DNA of 64,000 nucleotides from a bacterium (GCA_965213685.1 CBDBZY010000012.1:76593-140592), one strand, 5' to 3'. Positions 48,763 through 59,012 are shown, counted from the first letter of the stretch. The notes: generated from the letters alone by a model not told the origin. Numbers and translations: made by a program.

Positions 48763-50292
48763 ATGGACATGCGGAATGACTCCACGTTTGATCTGGTGGC
48801 CATCGGCGGCGGCGTCGGGGGCCTGGTGGCCTCGGTGGGCGCCGCGCAGCTGGGCGCCAGGGTCGCGCTCGTCGAGAAGACGAAGCTGGGCGGGGATTGC
48901 CTCAACTACGGGTGCGTGCCCTCGAAGGGGCTGATCCGCGCGGCGCGGCTGGCCGCGCAGGCGCGCTCGATGTCCGCCTTCGGGATTGACGCCGGGGAGG
49001 TGCGGGTCGATTTCCCGCGCGTCATGCGGCGGATGAAGGCCGCCCAGGCCCACATCGGCGCGCACGACGCGCCCGAGCGGTTCGAGGGCATGGGCATCGA
49101 GGTGATCTTCGGGGACGGGGCCTTCACCGGCCCGGACACGTTTCAGGCGGGGGGCAGGACCCTTCGCTCCCGGCGGTTTCTGCTGGCCACGGGAAGCTCG
49201 CCCTTCGTGCCGCCCATCGCCGGTCTCGAGGACGTGCCCTACCTCACGAACGAGACCGTTTTTGATCTGGAGCGGCTGCCCGGGCGCCTGGCGGTGCTGG
49301 GGGCGGGGCCCATCGGCCTGGAGTTGTCCCAGGCGTTTCAGCAGCTGGGCGCCGAGGTGGACGTGCTGCAAAGCGCGCCGAAGCTCCTGCCGAGGCTCGA
49401 CGCCGAGATGGCGGCGATTCTGGCCGAATCCCTGGGCGCGTCCGGCCTCAGGCTCCACTTCAACGTGAAGACGCAAAGGGTCGGGAGGCGCGGCGAGGAG
49501 ATTCTCATCGAGGCCGATACGCCGTCGGGCAGGAGGGAATGGGCGTGCGACCAGCTGCTCATCGCGACCGGCCGCTCGCCCAACGTGGGCGGCATGGACC
49601 TGGAGAAGGCGGGCGTGCGCTACACCCCGCGCGGCGTGGAGACGGACGCCTATCTCCAGACCGCGAATCCGCGCGTCTTCGCCGCCGGCGACGTCCGGGG
49701 GCAGTATCTGTTCACGCACATGGCGGAGTATGAAGCGGGCGTGGCGCTGCGCAACATGCTCTTTCGCGCCCCGTTCGGGGTGCCGCTGCCGTTTCTCCGG
49801 AAGAAGACGAACTATGACGCCGTGCCCTGGACGATCTACACGACGCCCGAGGCGGCCCACGTCGGCCTCGGCGAGGCGGAGGCCAGGGCGGCTTTGGGGG
49901 AGAACCGCGCGCAGGTGTTCCGCTTTCCGATGAACCGGGTGGATCGCGCCGTCCTCGACGGCGAGACGGAGGGCTGCTGCAAGGTGGTGTGCGACGAGAG
50001 GGGCAGGCTCGTGGGGGCCGACCTGGTCGGGCCCGCAGCGGGGGAGATACTGCACGAGTTCGCGCTGGCCGTCCGCAAGAAGATGCACGTCAGGGAGGTG
50101 GTGGACACGGTGCACGTGTACCCCACCCTGGCGCAGGTGAACAAGAGGGCGGCGGGCCGCTTCTACGCCGAGAAGCTCTTCACGCCCGCCTTCCGGAAGA
50201 AGATGCAGCGCCTGTTCGGTCTCCGGGGAAGCGTGGAGGTGGTGGACCCGGCCGACCTGGGCGGGCACGGCGCGGGGGAGCGGGGCCGCTAG
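48763..50292 (+). CDS. Class I pyridine nucleotide-disulfide oxidoreductase (dihydrolipoamide dehydrogenase/MerA-like)
   Basis: IGGGVGG, GGDCLNYGCVPSK, ATGS, GAGPIGLE, AAGDV, FTHMA, HVYPT; no C-terminal Cys-Cys. Confidence 0.88.
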   Translation: MDMRNDSTFDLVAIGGGVGGLVASVGAAQLGARVALVEKTKLGGDCLNYGCVPSKGLIRAARLAAQARSMSAFGIDAGEVRVDFPRVMRRMKAAQAHIGAHDAPERFEGMGIEVIFGDGAFTGPDTFQAGGRTLRSRRFLLATGSSPFVPPIAGLEDVPYLTNETVFDLERLPGRLAVLGAGPIGLELSQAFQQLGAEVDVLQSAPKLLPRLDAEMAAILAESLGASGLRLHFNVKTQRVGRRGEEILIEADTPSGRREWACDQLLIATGRSPNVGGMDLEKAGVRYTPRGVETDAYLQTANPRVFAAGDVRGQYLFTHMAEYEAGVALRNMLFRAPFGVPLPFLRKKTNYDAVPWTIYTTPEAAHVGLGEAEARAALGENRAQVFRFPMNRVDRAVLDGETEGCCKVVCDERGRLVGADLVGPAAGEILHEFALAVRKKMHVREVVDTVHVYPTLAQVNKRAAGRFYAEKLFTPAFRKKMQRLFGLRGSVEVVDPADLGGHGAGERGR

Positions 50293-50882
50293 ACGCCGAA
50301 ATCCTTGATCTTCGGTTCATCCAGCCCCAGGGCGTGGGCGATCTCGTGCAGGAGCAATTCGCCCATCTTCTCCCTGTAGCGGCGCGCGTCCCGCCGGCAT
50401 TCGTGCTGGACGACCGCCGCGTATATCTCTATCGCGTTCAGGCGAGGTATCCATGCGGCCACGGGGTAGCTCCCCGCCGCGCGCACGATTTCGGGGGGCG
50501 GGAGCGCCAGCAGCCGGACGGGTATGCCCCGCTCCCGGATTTCCCGCGCCATCTCCGGATGGATGTCCTCTTCGACGACGTCCTCGAGGATGCGCTCCAT
50601 CAGGAGAATCTCCTCCTCCGACACCTCCGGGAAGAAAGACTCCATGAATTCGGCGAGCGCCTCCTCATCGGCGGGCACCTCGGGCTCCCTGGAGGGGAGG
50701 ATGGCCTCTCTGTATTCGGACAGCCTAGCGCTTCCCGTGATGGCGAAGAACACGAGCGCGCCCAGGGCGATGACGCCCGCGAACGAGGCGAGGGCGACGA
50801 GCGGGGTGACGTAGGGCTTCCACCACCAGTATTGCAGAAAGTCCCAATCGCCCAGGAGGTTCGCCATCGGAAAAGCGCCCAA
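50289..50882 (-). CDS. Membrane-anchored minimal zincin (Zincin_1-like) metalloprotease
   Basis: N-terminal TM; C-terminal IEIY..LLHEIAHALGLDE. Start uncertain. Confidence 0.65.
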   Translation of the reverse strand: MGAFPMANLLGDWDFLQYWWWKPYVTPLVALASFAGVIALGALVFFAITGSARLSEYREAILPSREPEVPADEEALAEFMESFFPEVSEEEILLMERILEDVVEEDIHPEMAREIRERGIPVRLLALPPPEIVRAAGSYPVAAWIPRLNAIEIYAAVVQHECRRDARRYREKMGELLLHEIAHALGLDEPKIKDFGV

Positions 50883-50921
50883 CGAATGCGGCGGGTAAGG
50901 AGCCTCCCGGCGCGCGCGCGC

Positions 50922-52193
50922 TCAGCCCTCGAGGCTCATGAGGATGGGCTCCTCCAGCGCCTGGGCGACCCACCGCAGGAACCGGATGCCCTCCGCCCCG
51001 TCGATGGCGCGGTGATCGTAGGAGACCATGAGGGGGAGCATGAGGCGCGGCTGGAACTTCTCCTCCCTCCAGACCGGCTCGATCCGCGCCCGCGACACGC
51101 CCAGGATGGCGACCTCGGGCCAGTTCACGATCGGGGTGAAATAGGTGCCGCCGAAGCCGCCGAGGTTCGTGATGGTGATGGAGCCGCCCTGCATGTCGTC
51201 CGGCCCGAGCTTTCGGGCGCGGGCGCGCTCGGCGGCCGCGCGCAGCTCCGCCGAGAGCTCGATGATGTTCTTCTTGTCCGCGTCGCGGATAACCGGGACG
51301 AGCAGGCCGTTTTCGGTGTCCACGGCGACGCCCACGCTGACGTAGCTCTTGTAGACGATTTCCCCCACCGCCGCGTCGACGCTCGCGTTGAACTGCGGGA
51401 AGACCTTGAGCGCCGAGGCGACGACCTTCATCAAGATGGCGGTGATGGTGAGCTTTCCGCCGGCATCGGCCGCCTTGGGGGCGAATTTTTTCCGCAAGGC
51501 CTCGAGCTGCGTGATGTCCGCCTTCTCGCATTGGGTGACGTGGGGAATGCTCGTCCACGCGCGGGCGAGGTGGGCGGACGTCGCGCGGCGCACCCCCGAC
51601 ATCGGCGTGCGCCTGACCTCCCCCCAGCGGGCGAGGTCGGGCAGCGCGACGGGCGCGTGCAGCTGCGCCGGAGCGGGCGCCTCCGATACGGCGCCCCCGC
51701 CCTGGGCCGCGACGAACTCCCGGACGTCCTGGAGGGATATTCTGCCGCCGGCGCCGCTGCCCGGCACGTCTCTGATGTCGACGCCCGCCTCGCGCGCGAT
51801 TCTGTGCGCTAGGGGTGCTGCGGGCGCGGCCTCCTTTTTGGGAGAGGGCGCGCCGGGCGCCGTCCATGCGGGCGGGGCTTCTTCTCCTTCTGCGGGGGCT
51901 GCGGGGGCGCCTGCCCCGGGCGGGGCGGCCTCCGCGCTCGCGCCGGCCTTCTCGCCCGCCTCCTCGATGAGGAGAATGGTCTGCCCCACCTTGACCTCCT
52001 CGCCGGGGCGGAGGTGGATTTCCGTTACCTTGCCCCCGACGGAGGAGGGGACTTCTATGAGCGCCTTGTCGGTTTCCACCTCGATGACGGACGCATCCAC
52101 CGCTATGGTGTCTCCCACGCTCACCAAAACGGCGATCACCTTTCCAAACTCGATGTTTTCCCCCAGCTCGGGAAGTTTGAATTCGATGGCCAT
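50922..52193 (-). CDS. aceF: Pyruvate dehydrogenase E2, dihydrolipoamide acetyltransferase
   Basis: Single lipoyl domain (ETDKA), E3-binding domain GSGAGGRI, catalytic SYDHRAIDG. Confidence 0.93.
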   Translation of the reverse strand: MAIEFKLPELGENIEFGKVIAVLVSVGDTIAVDASVIEVETDKALIEVPSSVGGKVTEIHLRPGEEVKVGQTILLIEEAGEKAGASAEAAPPGAGAPAAPAEGEEAPPAWTAPGAPSPKKEAAPAAPLAHRIAREAGVDIRDVPGSGAGGRISLQDVREFVAAQGGGAVSEAPAPAQLHAPVALPDLARWGEVRRTPMSGVRRATSAHLARAWTSIPHVTQCEKADITQLEALRKKFAPKAADAGGKLTITAILMKVVASALKVFPQFNASVDAAVGEIVYKSYVSVGVAVDTENGLLVPVIRDADKKNIIELSAELRAAAERARARKLGPDDMQGGSITITNLGGFGGTYFTPIVNWPEVAILGVSRARIEPVWREEKFQPRLMLPLMVSYDHRAIDGAEGIRFLRWVAQALEEPILMSLEG

Positions 52194-52216
52194 GCAGCTC
52201 CCTCGGCGTTGGTCCG

Positions 52217-55012
52217 TTACGAGATCATCGGGTTGGCTTTTTCGGGGTCGATGTCGAGGTCTTTCAGCGCCTTGCTCACGAGATCGGGGCGCACCTTCTT
52301 CTCGCGCGAGAGGCCATACAAGGTGGCGAGCGTGATGTAGCGCGCGTCGATTTCAAAAAAATCTCTCAGGGACGCTCTCGATTCGCTGCGGCCAAACCCC
52401 TCGGTTCCCAGCGAGATCATGGGTCTCGGCACCCATTTGGAAATCGAGTCGGGCGTGGCTTTCACGTAGTCCGAAACCGCCACGCAGGCCCCGTCCGCCT
52501 GCGCGAGGCGCCGCGTCACGTATGGAACCCTGGGCGGACGATCCGGGTGCAGCATGTTCCACCGCTCGGCTTCGAGGGCGTCCCGCCGCAGCTCCTTGTA
52601 GCTCGTGACGCTCCAGACGTCCGCGGCGACCGCATAGCGCTCCTCCAGCATCTCCTGCGCCTTGAGCACCTCGTTCATGATGGTGCCGCTGCCCATCAGC
52701 TGCGCCCTGATGCCCTGTTTCATCCCCGATCTCCGGAAAAGATACATGCCCTTCAATATGCCGCTTTCCACTCCCTCCGGCATCGCCGGCATGGGGTAGT
52801 TCTCGTTGTAGGCGGTGAGGTAGTAGAAGATTTTCTCCTGCTCCTCGTACATTCGGCGAATCCCGTCCTGGATGATGATCGCCATCTCGAAGGCGAAGGC
52901 AGGGTCGTAGGCGAGCAGGTTGGGCACGGTATACGCGAGGTGGTGGCTGTTGCCGTCCTGGTGCTGGAGTCCCTCTCCGTTCAGGGTGGTGCGGCCCGCC
53001 GTTCCGCCGATCAGAAAGCCTCGCGCGCACATGTCGGCCGCGGCCCATATGAGGTCGCCGATGCGCTGGAAGCCGAACATCGAATAGTAGATGTAGAAGG
53101 GGATGGTGTTGACGTCATGGGTGGCGTAGGCGGTTCCGGCGGCGATGAACGAGGCCATCGAACCCGCCTCGGTGATTCCCTCCTCGAGAATCTGTCCGTC
53201 CTGCGCTTCCTTGTAGTAGAGGAGGCTGTCGCGGTCGACGGGTTCGTACAGCTGGCCGGCGTGGGAGTAGATTCCGATCTGGCGGAACAGGGACTCCATG
53301 CCGAACGTTCTGGCCTCGTCCGGCACGATGGGGACGATGAGCCGGCCCAGCCCCTCGTCGCGGAGGAGTTTGCTCAGGATTCTGACGAACACCATGGTCG
53401 TGGATACCGCGCGCCCCTCCGTGCCCCGGAAGAACTCGTCGAACAGGTCGAGGGACGGCGCCCGGAGCGGCGTGGAGACGGTGCGCCTCGTGGGGACGTA
53501 CCCGCCGAGTGCCTCTCGTTTTTTCCGCAGGTAGCGGATTTCGGGGCTGTCGTCCGCGGGCCGGTAAAACGGTGCCTCGGCGACTTTCTCGTCGGAGATG
53601 GGAATCTCGAAGCGCGTCCGGAACTCCTTGAGCTCGTCCTCGTTCAGCTTCTTTTGCTGGTGGGTGACGTTCCTGCCCTCGCCGCCTTCTCCCAGCCCGT
53701 AGCCCTTCACCGTTTTGGCGAGGATGACCGTGGGACGCCCCTCGCACTCCATGGCGGCCTGATAGGCGGCGAACACTTTTTCGGGGTCGTGTCCCCCCCG
53801 GCGCATGCGGTTGAGGCGGTCCTCGGAGAGGGTGTCGGCCATCGCCTGCAGCCGCTCGTCGTTGCCGAAGAAATGCTCGCGCACGTAGCCGCCCTTCTTG
53901 AGCTCCTCGACGCTGTATTTCTGGTATTGGCCATCGACCGTCTCGCTCATCCGCCGGAGCAGCGCGCCCTCGTGGTCCATCGCCACGAGCGGATCCCAGT
54001 CGTCTCCCCAGATGACCTTGATGACGTTCCACCTCGCGCCCCGGAACGCGGCCTCGAGCTCCTGGATGATTTTGCCGTTGCCGCGAACCGGGCCGTCGAG
54101 ACGTTGCAGATTGCAGTTGATGACGAAGATCAGGTTGTCGAGCTTCTCCCGCGCGGCCAGCGTGATGGCGCCGAGGGATTCGGGCTCGTCCATCTCGCCG
54201 TCGCCCAGGAACGCCCACACCTTCTGGCCCGTCGCGGGCTTGAGGCCGCGGTCCTCGAGGTAGTGCAGATACCGCGCCTGGTATATCGCCATGAGGGGGG
54301 AGAGTCCCATCGACACCGTGGGATACTCCCAGAAGTCGGGCATCAGCCAGGGGTGCGGGTAGGAGGAGAGGCCGCCTGCGCTGCGCTCCCGCCGGAAATT
54401 CTCCAGGTTGGTCTCCGTCAGGCGCCCCTCCAGGAACGCCCGGGCGTATATGCCGGGCGCGCAGTGGCCCTGGAAGTATATGATGTCGCCGCCGCAGGGG
54501 TGGTTTTTCCCCCGGAAAAAGTGGTTGAAACCGATTTCCAGCAGCGTGGCGGCCGAGGCGTATGTGGAGATGTGCCCGCCGATGGAGGCGTCCTCCGCGT
54601 TGGCGCGGACCACCATGGCCATCGCGTTCCAGCGGACGAGGCTCTTGATTCGCCGCTCAATGCCCCTGTCCCCCGGGAACGGGGGCTGCTTCTCCAGGGG
54701 GATGGTGTTGATGTAGGGGGTGTTCGCGGAAAACGGGCGCACGACGCCCGAGCGGACGGCGTGGACCTGCAGGTGGCGGAGCAGGGTTTTCGCCTGCTCG
54801 GCGCCCCTGGTTTGCAACACGTAATCGAGCGACTCCAGCCATTCGTCCCTCTCCGTCTTGTCGAGTTCCGCTTCATCGCCCGCAGAGGGGGGGGGTGCGG
54901 GTTCCGGCAGATACTTCGCGTCGTTGCGCGCGGTCCGGTTCGGCCCGTTGCGACATACGGACGCCCCCTCTCCCCGGGACGGGTTTTGCGCTTTCGCAGG
55001 ATGCGTGCCCAT
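52217..55012 (-). CDS. aceE: Pyruvate dehydrogenase E1, homodimeric type
   Basis: TPYINTI, RWNAMAMV, GGHISTYAS, SSYPHP, PTVSMGL, GDGEMDE, PDEARTFG, GEGLQHQDG. Start uncertain (55012, or 54956 with a frameshift). Confidence 0.96.
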   Translation of the reverse strand: MGTHPAKAQNPSRGEGASVCRNGPNRTARNDAKYLPEPAPPPSAGDEAELDKTERDEWLESLDYVLQTRGAEQAKTLLRHLQVHAVRSGVVRPFSANTPYINTIPLEKQPPFPGDRGIERRIKSLVRWNAMAMVVRANAEDASIGGHISTYASAATLLEIGFNHFFRGKNHPCGGDIIYFQGHCAPGIYARAFLEGRLTETNLENFRRERSAGGLSSYPHPWLMPDFWEYPTVSMGLSPLMAIYQARYLHYLEDRGLKPATGQKVWAFLGDGEMDEPESLGAITLAAREKLDNLIFVINCNLQRLDGPVRGNGKIIQELEAAFRGARWNVIKVIWGDDWDPLVAMDHEGALLRRMSETVDGQYQKYSVEELKKGGYVREHFFGNDERLQAMADTLSEDRLNRMRRGGHDPEKVFAAYQAAMECEGRPTVILAKTVKGYGLGEGGEGRNVTHQQKKLNEDELKEFRTRFEIPISDEKVAEAPFYRPADDSPEIRYLRKKREALGGYVPTRRTVSTPLRAPSLDLFDEFFRGTEGRAVSTTMVFVRILSKLLRDEGLGRLIVPIVPDEARTFGMESLFRQIGIYSHAGQLYEPVDRDSLLYYKEAQDGQILEEGITEAGSMASFIAAGTAYATHDVNTIPFYIYYSMFGFQRIGDLIWAAADMCARGFLIGGTAGRTTLNGEGLQHQDGNSHHLAYTVPNLLAYDPAFAFEMAIIIQDGIRRMYEEQEKIFYYLTAYNENYPMPAMPEGVESGILKGMYLFRRSGMKQGIRAQLMGSGTIMNEVLKAQEMLEERYAVAADVWSVTSYKELRRDALEAERWNMLHPDRPPRVPYVTRRLAQADGACVAVSDYVKATPDSISKWVPRPMISLGTEGFGRSESRASLRDFFEIDARYITLATLYGLSREKKVRPDLVSKALKDLDIDPEKANPMIS

Positions 55013-55281
55013 GTTCGATGCGCCTCCCCCCAAACCGCCTGATAGGGCCGGAAATGACCCGAATCATATCACGCCCGCCCGGAAACGGGAAACCTCCTCC
55101 GCCGAACGCCGGGGACGGCGGCCGGGCGGTCGCGCAGTCCGCGCCGCCGCCGTCTCGGGCTTGAACTTCGCGCAGCGCGCATAGTAGGTTGGCGGCATGC
55201 GATTCGGGAGGCGTCCTACCCATAGCGGTGCCGTTTGGACGGGCGGTGCCATCTTTTCTGCATGACCAGGGGGGTGCGGTG

Positions 55282-56847
55282 ATGATGAGAATGACGAAGC
55301 GGGAATTTCTGCAATCCGTCGGGGCGGTGGCGGGAGCGGGTGCTGTCTATCGGACCATGAAGGCGATGGGGATTGCGGGAATCGACGTGGCGCGCGCGGC
55401 CCCTCCCGATTTGCCCGGGGGCTCGGGCAAGGGGAGGAGCGTCGCCATTCTGGGGGCCGGCATCTCCGGCATGACGGCCGCCTATGAGTTGTCCAGAGCG
55501 GGCTACCGCTGCACGATACTGGAGGCCACCGAGCGCGCCGGCGGGCGCAGCCTGACGGCGCGGGGCGGAGATGTGCTCCAAGAGGAGGGGAGCAGCCAGC
55601 GGGTGGGCTTCGAGGCCGGCGCGCACATGTACGCGAACATGGGTCCGGCGCGCATCCCCTACCACCATACCGCCCTCCTCGGCTACTGCAGGAAGTTCGG
55701 CGTCCCGCTCGAGGTCTTCACGAACGACAACCGCGCGGCCTTTTTTCACAACCGGGAGCGTTTTGGCGGCAAGCCCGTGACGGGCCGCCAGGTGCATACC
55801 GACACGCGCGGATACATCGCCGAGCTGCTCGCCAAGGCGGTGAACCGCAACGCCCTCGACAAGGAGCTGACCAAGGAGGAGAAGGAGCGCATTCTCGCCA
55901 TGCTCACCGAATTCGGCGGGCTGAACCCCGACCGCCTCTACAAGGGCACGAATCGCGGCGGTTATCAGGGCGCCCAGATCCACGCGGGCGTCAAGGCCGG
56001 CGAGCCGAACGACCCCCTGGATTTCAGCGAGCTTCTGCGCTCGGAGTTCTGGGAGTACAAGCTGCACTTCAGCCAGTTCCTCGACCAGAATCCCACCCTG
56101 CTCCAGCCCGTCGGCGGGATGGACGCCATCGCAAGCGCCTTCGAGAAGCGCGTGCGGTCGCAGATACGCTACCGGAGCGTCGTGCAGGAAATTCGCAAGA
56201 CGCCCAAGGGGGTGCGCATCGTCTACAGGGGCGCCTCCGACAACGCGGGAAAGGCACTCGACGCCGATTTCGCGATCTGCTCCATCCCCGCCCCCGTCCT
56301 CCAGGACATCCCCAACGATTTCGCGCCCCAGACGCGGGCGGTGCTCCCGAAGATGAAGTTCGTCCCGGCCGTCAAGATCGGCTTTCAGGCACGCCGCCGC
56401 TTCTGGGAGGAGGAGCACGCCATCTACGGCGGCATCTCCTGGACGGACCTGGACATCACGCAAATCTGGTATCCGGCGTATGGCTATCACCAGGCCAAGG
56501 GCATCGTCATGGGCGCCTATACCTGGGACGACAGGCAGTGCCTGCGCTACACCGCGATGACCCCGGCGGAGCGGCTGCGGGCCGCCCTCGCCGAGGGCGG
56601 GCAAATCCACCCCGGATATGAGAAGGAGATGGAGAACGGCGTCAGCCGCGCCTGGTTGAAGGTGCCCTTCCAGAAGGGCGGCTGGCCCGAGTCCTACAAG
56701 GCGCCGGAGGAGATGCAAAAGCCCGACGGCGCCGTCTATTTCGCCGGCGACCAGGCCACCGCGCTGCCCGGCTGGCAGGAGGGGGCCGTTCTCGCGGCGC
56801 ACGCGGCGGTGAACGCCATCGGCAAGCGGGTCGCGGCGGGGGGGTAG
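55282..56847 (+). CDS. Flavin-dependent L-amino acid oxidase / monoamine oxidase family protein with Tat-like signal
   Basis: MTKREFL signal, ILGAGISGMTAAYEL, EATERAGGR, GPARIP, QPVGGMD, YFAGD, WQEGA. Confidence 0.9.
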   Translation: MMRMTKREFLQSVGAVAGAGAVYRTMKAMGIAGIDVARAAPPDLPGGSGKGRSVAILGAGISGMTAAYELSRAGYRCTILEATERAGGRSLTARGGDVLQEEGSSQRVGFEAGAHMYANMGPARIPYHHTALLGYCRKFGVPLEVFTNDNRAAFFHNRERFGGKPVTGRQVHTDTRGYIAELLAKAVNRNALDKELTKEEKERILAMLTEFGGLNPDRLYKGTNRGGYQGAQIHAGVKAGEPNDPLDFSELLRSEFWEYKLHFSQFLDQNPTLLQPVGGMDAIASAFEKRVRSQIRYRSVVQEIRKTPKGVRIVYRGASDNAGKALDADFAICSIPAPVLQDIPNDFAPQTRAVLPKMKFVPAVKIGFQARRRFWEEEHAIYGGISWTDLDITQIWYPAYGYHQAKGIVMGAYTWDDRQCLRYTAMTPAERLRAALAEGGQIHPGYEKEMENGVSRAWLKVPFQKGGWPESYKAPEEMQKPDGAVYFAGDQATALPGWQEGAVLAAHAAVNAIGKRVAAGG

Positions 56848-56901
56848 GGCGGCGCGCGCGGCGGGAGGCTCTCCCTGGGCGCCGGGCGGATGTGCCGGCG
56901 C

Positions 56902-57828
56902 TCAGCGCCCGCGCCCTTCCTCCTCCCGATGCTCGAACACCTTGTAGACGGCGGCGCTGTCGAGGGAGCCCAGGCCCAGCCTTTGTCCCTCCTCGAAGAA
57001 GGGGAGGCACACCGCACCGAGCGGGGTGCGGGCGTCCGCGCTCTGCGCGAGTTTGAGTCCGAGCCGGATGTCTTTCGTCAGGACGTCGAGGGTGCTCACG
57101 GGGTCCGTGAACCGCCCGCTCACCATTCTGGGCCCCCGGTTTCGCAGCTGCCTGCTGTCGGCGGCGCTGCGCTGGAGCGCGTCCAGGAGCAGCGCGCCCC
57201 CCGCGCCGGATTTGAGTCCCATGCGGATGGTCTCGGCGATGGCGCACCGCTGCAGGCAGGTGAGGTAGTTGATGAGCACCTTGAGGGTCGCGCCCATGCC
57301 CGCCGCCCCGCAGTGCATCTGGTCGGAGAGCAGGCGCGCGAGCATGGCCTCCACGAGGCGGTGGGTTTCCTCCGCACCGCCCACGAGGAAAAGCCCCACC
57401 CTGTTCCGGACGTTCTCGCTGTTGCCGCTGACGCACGCCTCCATGAAGTCAAACCCCCGCTCCGCGCACAGGCGGGCTATCTCGCGCGTGTCCTCGGGGT
57501 CCGCCGTCGTGGTGTCGATGACGGCTTTCGGTTTTTTCCCGGGATCGGCGAGCAGATAGCCTTCCGCACCCGTGGCGCATTCCAGGGAGATGCGGGAGTT
57601 GGGCACAGATATGAAGACGAAATCCGCCGCTTCGGCCACCTCCTTTGCCGAGGCCAGCGCCTCGCCGCCCATGTCCCGGAATTTCGCCTGGGCGGATTCG
57701 GCGGGGTCCGTCCCGACCAGCCGATGGCCATCCTCCATGAGGTTCCGGGAAAACGCCTGGCCCATGAGGCCCAGGCCGATGAAGCCGATGGTTTCCTGTT
57801 TCCTTTCCATATCTGTGTTGCTTGTCAT
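56902..57828 (-). CDS. NAD(P)-dependent beta-hydroxyacid dehydrogenase family
   Basis: IGFIGLGLMG, IDTTT, EACVSG, GMGATLKVLINY, KDIRLG. Confidence 0.88.
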   Translation of the reverse strand: MTSNTDMERKQETIGFIGLGLMGQAFSRNLMEDGHRLVGTDPAESAQAKFRDMGGEALASAKEVAEAADFVFISVPNSRISLECATGAEGYLLADPGKKPKAVIDTTTADPEDTREIARLCAERGFDFMEACVSGNSENVRNRVGLFLVGGAEETHRLVEAMLARLLSDQMHCGAAGMGATLKVLINYLTCLQRCAIAETIRMGLKSGAGGALLLDALQRSAADSRQLRNRGPRMVSGRFTDPVSTLDVLTKDIRLGLKLAQSADARTPLGAVCLPFFEEGQRLGLGSLDSAAVYKVFEHREEEGRGR

Positions 57829-57919
57829 GTGTCGACGCCCTTTTGTGATGATGGGAATTTGTGAATGACGGGAACCGGATGCGGGTTTCGCGGGCAAGGG
57901 AGGAGCGCGGAAATTCCGT

Positions 57920-58969
57920 CTAGTTTTCCGGGTGGGGGATGAGCACGACCTTGATGGCGCCGTCCTTTCTCCCGCGCATCATGTCGACCCCGCTGTGCAC
58001 CAGGGACAGCGGAATTTGATGCGTGATCATGGGCCGGACGTTCAAATCCCCCCGGGCGGCCAGATCGATGCAGACCCCGAACGTGTCCGGGTGGCCGCGC
58101 GAGCCGATAATCTCCTTCTCCAGGTGCTGGAGGCGTTCGATCGGCAGGGGCACGTCCTTCGAGAACGCGCCCACGACCACGATGCGCCCGCCCTTGCGCG
58201 CCATGTCGATCCCCTGTGCCAGCGTCTTGCCCTGCGCCCCGCCCACGACCTCCAGAACGGCGTCCGCCCCGTGCCCGCCGGTGAGGGCGCGCACGCCGGA
58301 AACCACGTCGCCGGCAGTGGCGTCTATCGTCTCGTCCGCCCCCATCTCGCGGGCCGCCTCGAGTCTCTCCGCCACCGGGTCGATGGCGATGACGCGGGCC
58401 TTCGCGTATTTCGCGGCCGCCAGGGCGCACATGCCCACGGGACCCATCCCGATGATGGCGACGCTCTCGCCCGCCTCCAGGCGCGCGCGGTTCATGACGA
58501 CGTGATAGCCCGTGCCCAGCGTCTGCATGACGGAGGCCGTGGCGTCGTCTAGCGCGTCCGGCAGGGGCAGCACGCACTTCGCCGGGACGACGGCGTGCTG
58601 GCTGTAGCCGCCGTCCGCGTTCATCCCGATGGAGCGCGAATCGTCGCACAGGTTCACCCTGCCCATCCGGCAGAAATAGCACTCCCCGCAATGCACGTGG
58701 TTCTCGACGCAGGCGCGCGTTCCGAGCGGCACGTCCTCGACGCCGCGCCCGATGGCGCGCACCACGCCCATGAACTCGTGGCCGGGGACGACGGGATATC
58801 TGGCGCGCCGCACGTGGCCGTCCATGAGGTGGAAATCGCTGCCGCATATCGCGCAGGCGCCGACCTCGACCAGCACTTCGCCCGGCCCCGGTTGCGGAAT
58901 CGGGCGCTCCACGAGCTCGAGGCGTCCGGGCGCTCGCAGAAGCGCCGCGAGGGAATGTGGGGTGCGCAA
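57920..58969 (-). CDS. Zn-dependent medium-chain alcohol dehydrogenase (threonine/sorbitol dehydrogenase-like)
   Basis: ICGSD, GHEFMG, CGECYFC..NLC, GMGPVG. Confidence 0.92.
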   Translation of the reverse strand: MRTPHSLAALLRAPGRLELVERPIPQPGPGEVLVEVGACAICGSDFHLMDGHVRRARYPVVPGHEFMGVVRAIGRGVEDVPLGTRACVENHVHCGECYFCRMGRVNLCDDSRSIGMNADGGYSQHAVVPAKCVLPLPDALDDATASVMQTLGTGYHVVMNRARLEAGESVAIIGMGPVGMCALAAAKYAKARVIAIDPVAERLEAAREMGADETIDATAGDVVSGVRALTGGHGADAVLEVVGGAQGKTLAQGIDMARKGGRIVVVGAFSKDVPLPIERLQHLEKEIIGSRGHPDTFGVCIDLAARGDLNVRPMITHQIPLSLVHSGVDMMRGRKDGAIKVVLIPHPEN

Positions 58970-59012
58970 GCGGGAATCCTCCGAGTCGGGTGGAGTTTGG
59001 GGCCATCATAGT

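Noticed and set aside
46891-50268. 1125-aa minus-strand ORF, and similar long ORFs such as 52547-55042 (+), 4241-6430 (-), 16555-18438 (+), 11297-13309 (+) and 24265-26268 (-)
   Set aside because: These are antisense shadows of well-supported genes. High GC3 suppresses stops on the opposite strand, and the translations have no family motifs.
48763-50292. Mercuric reductase MerA
   Set aside because: No C-terminal Cys-Cys pair, no NmerA domain and no mer operon genes.
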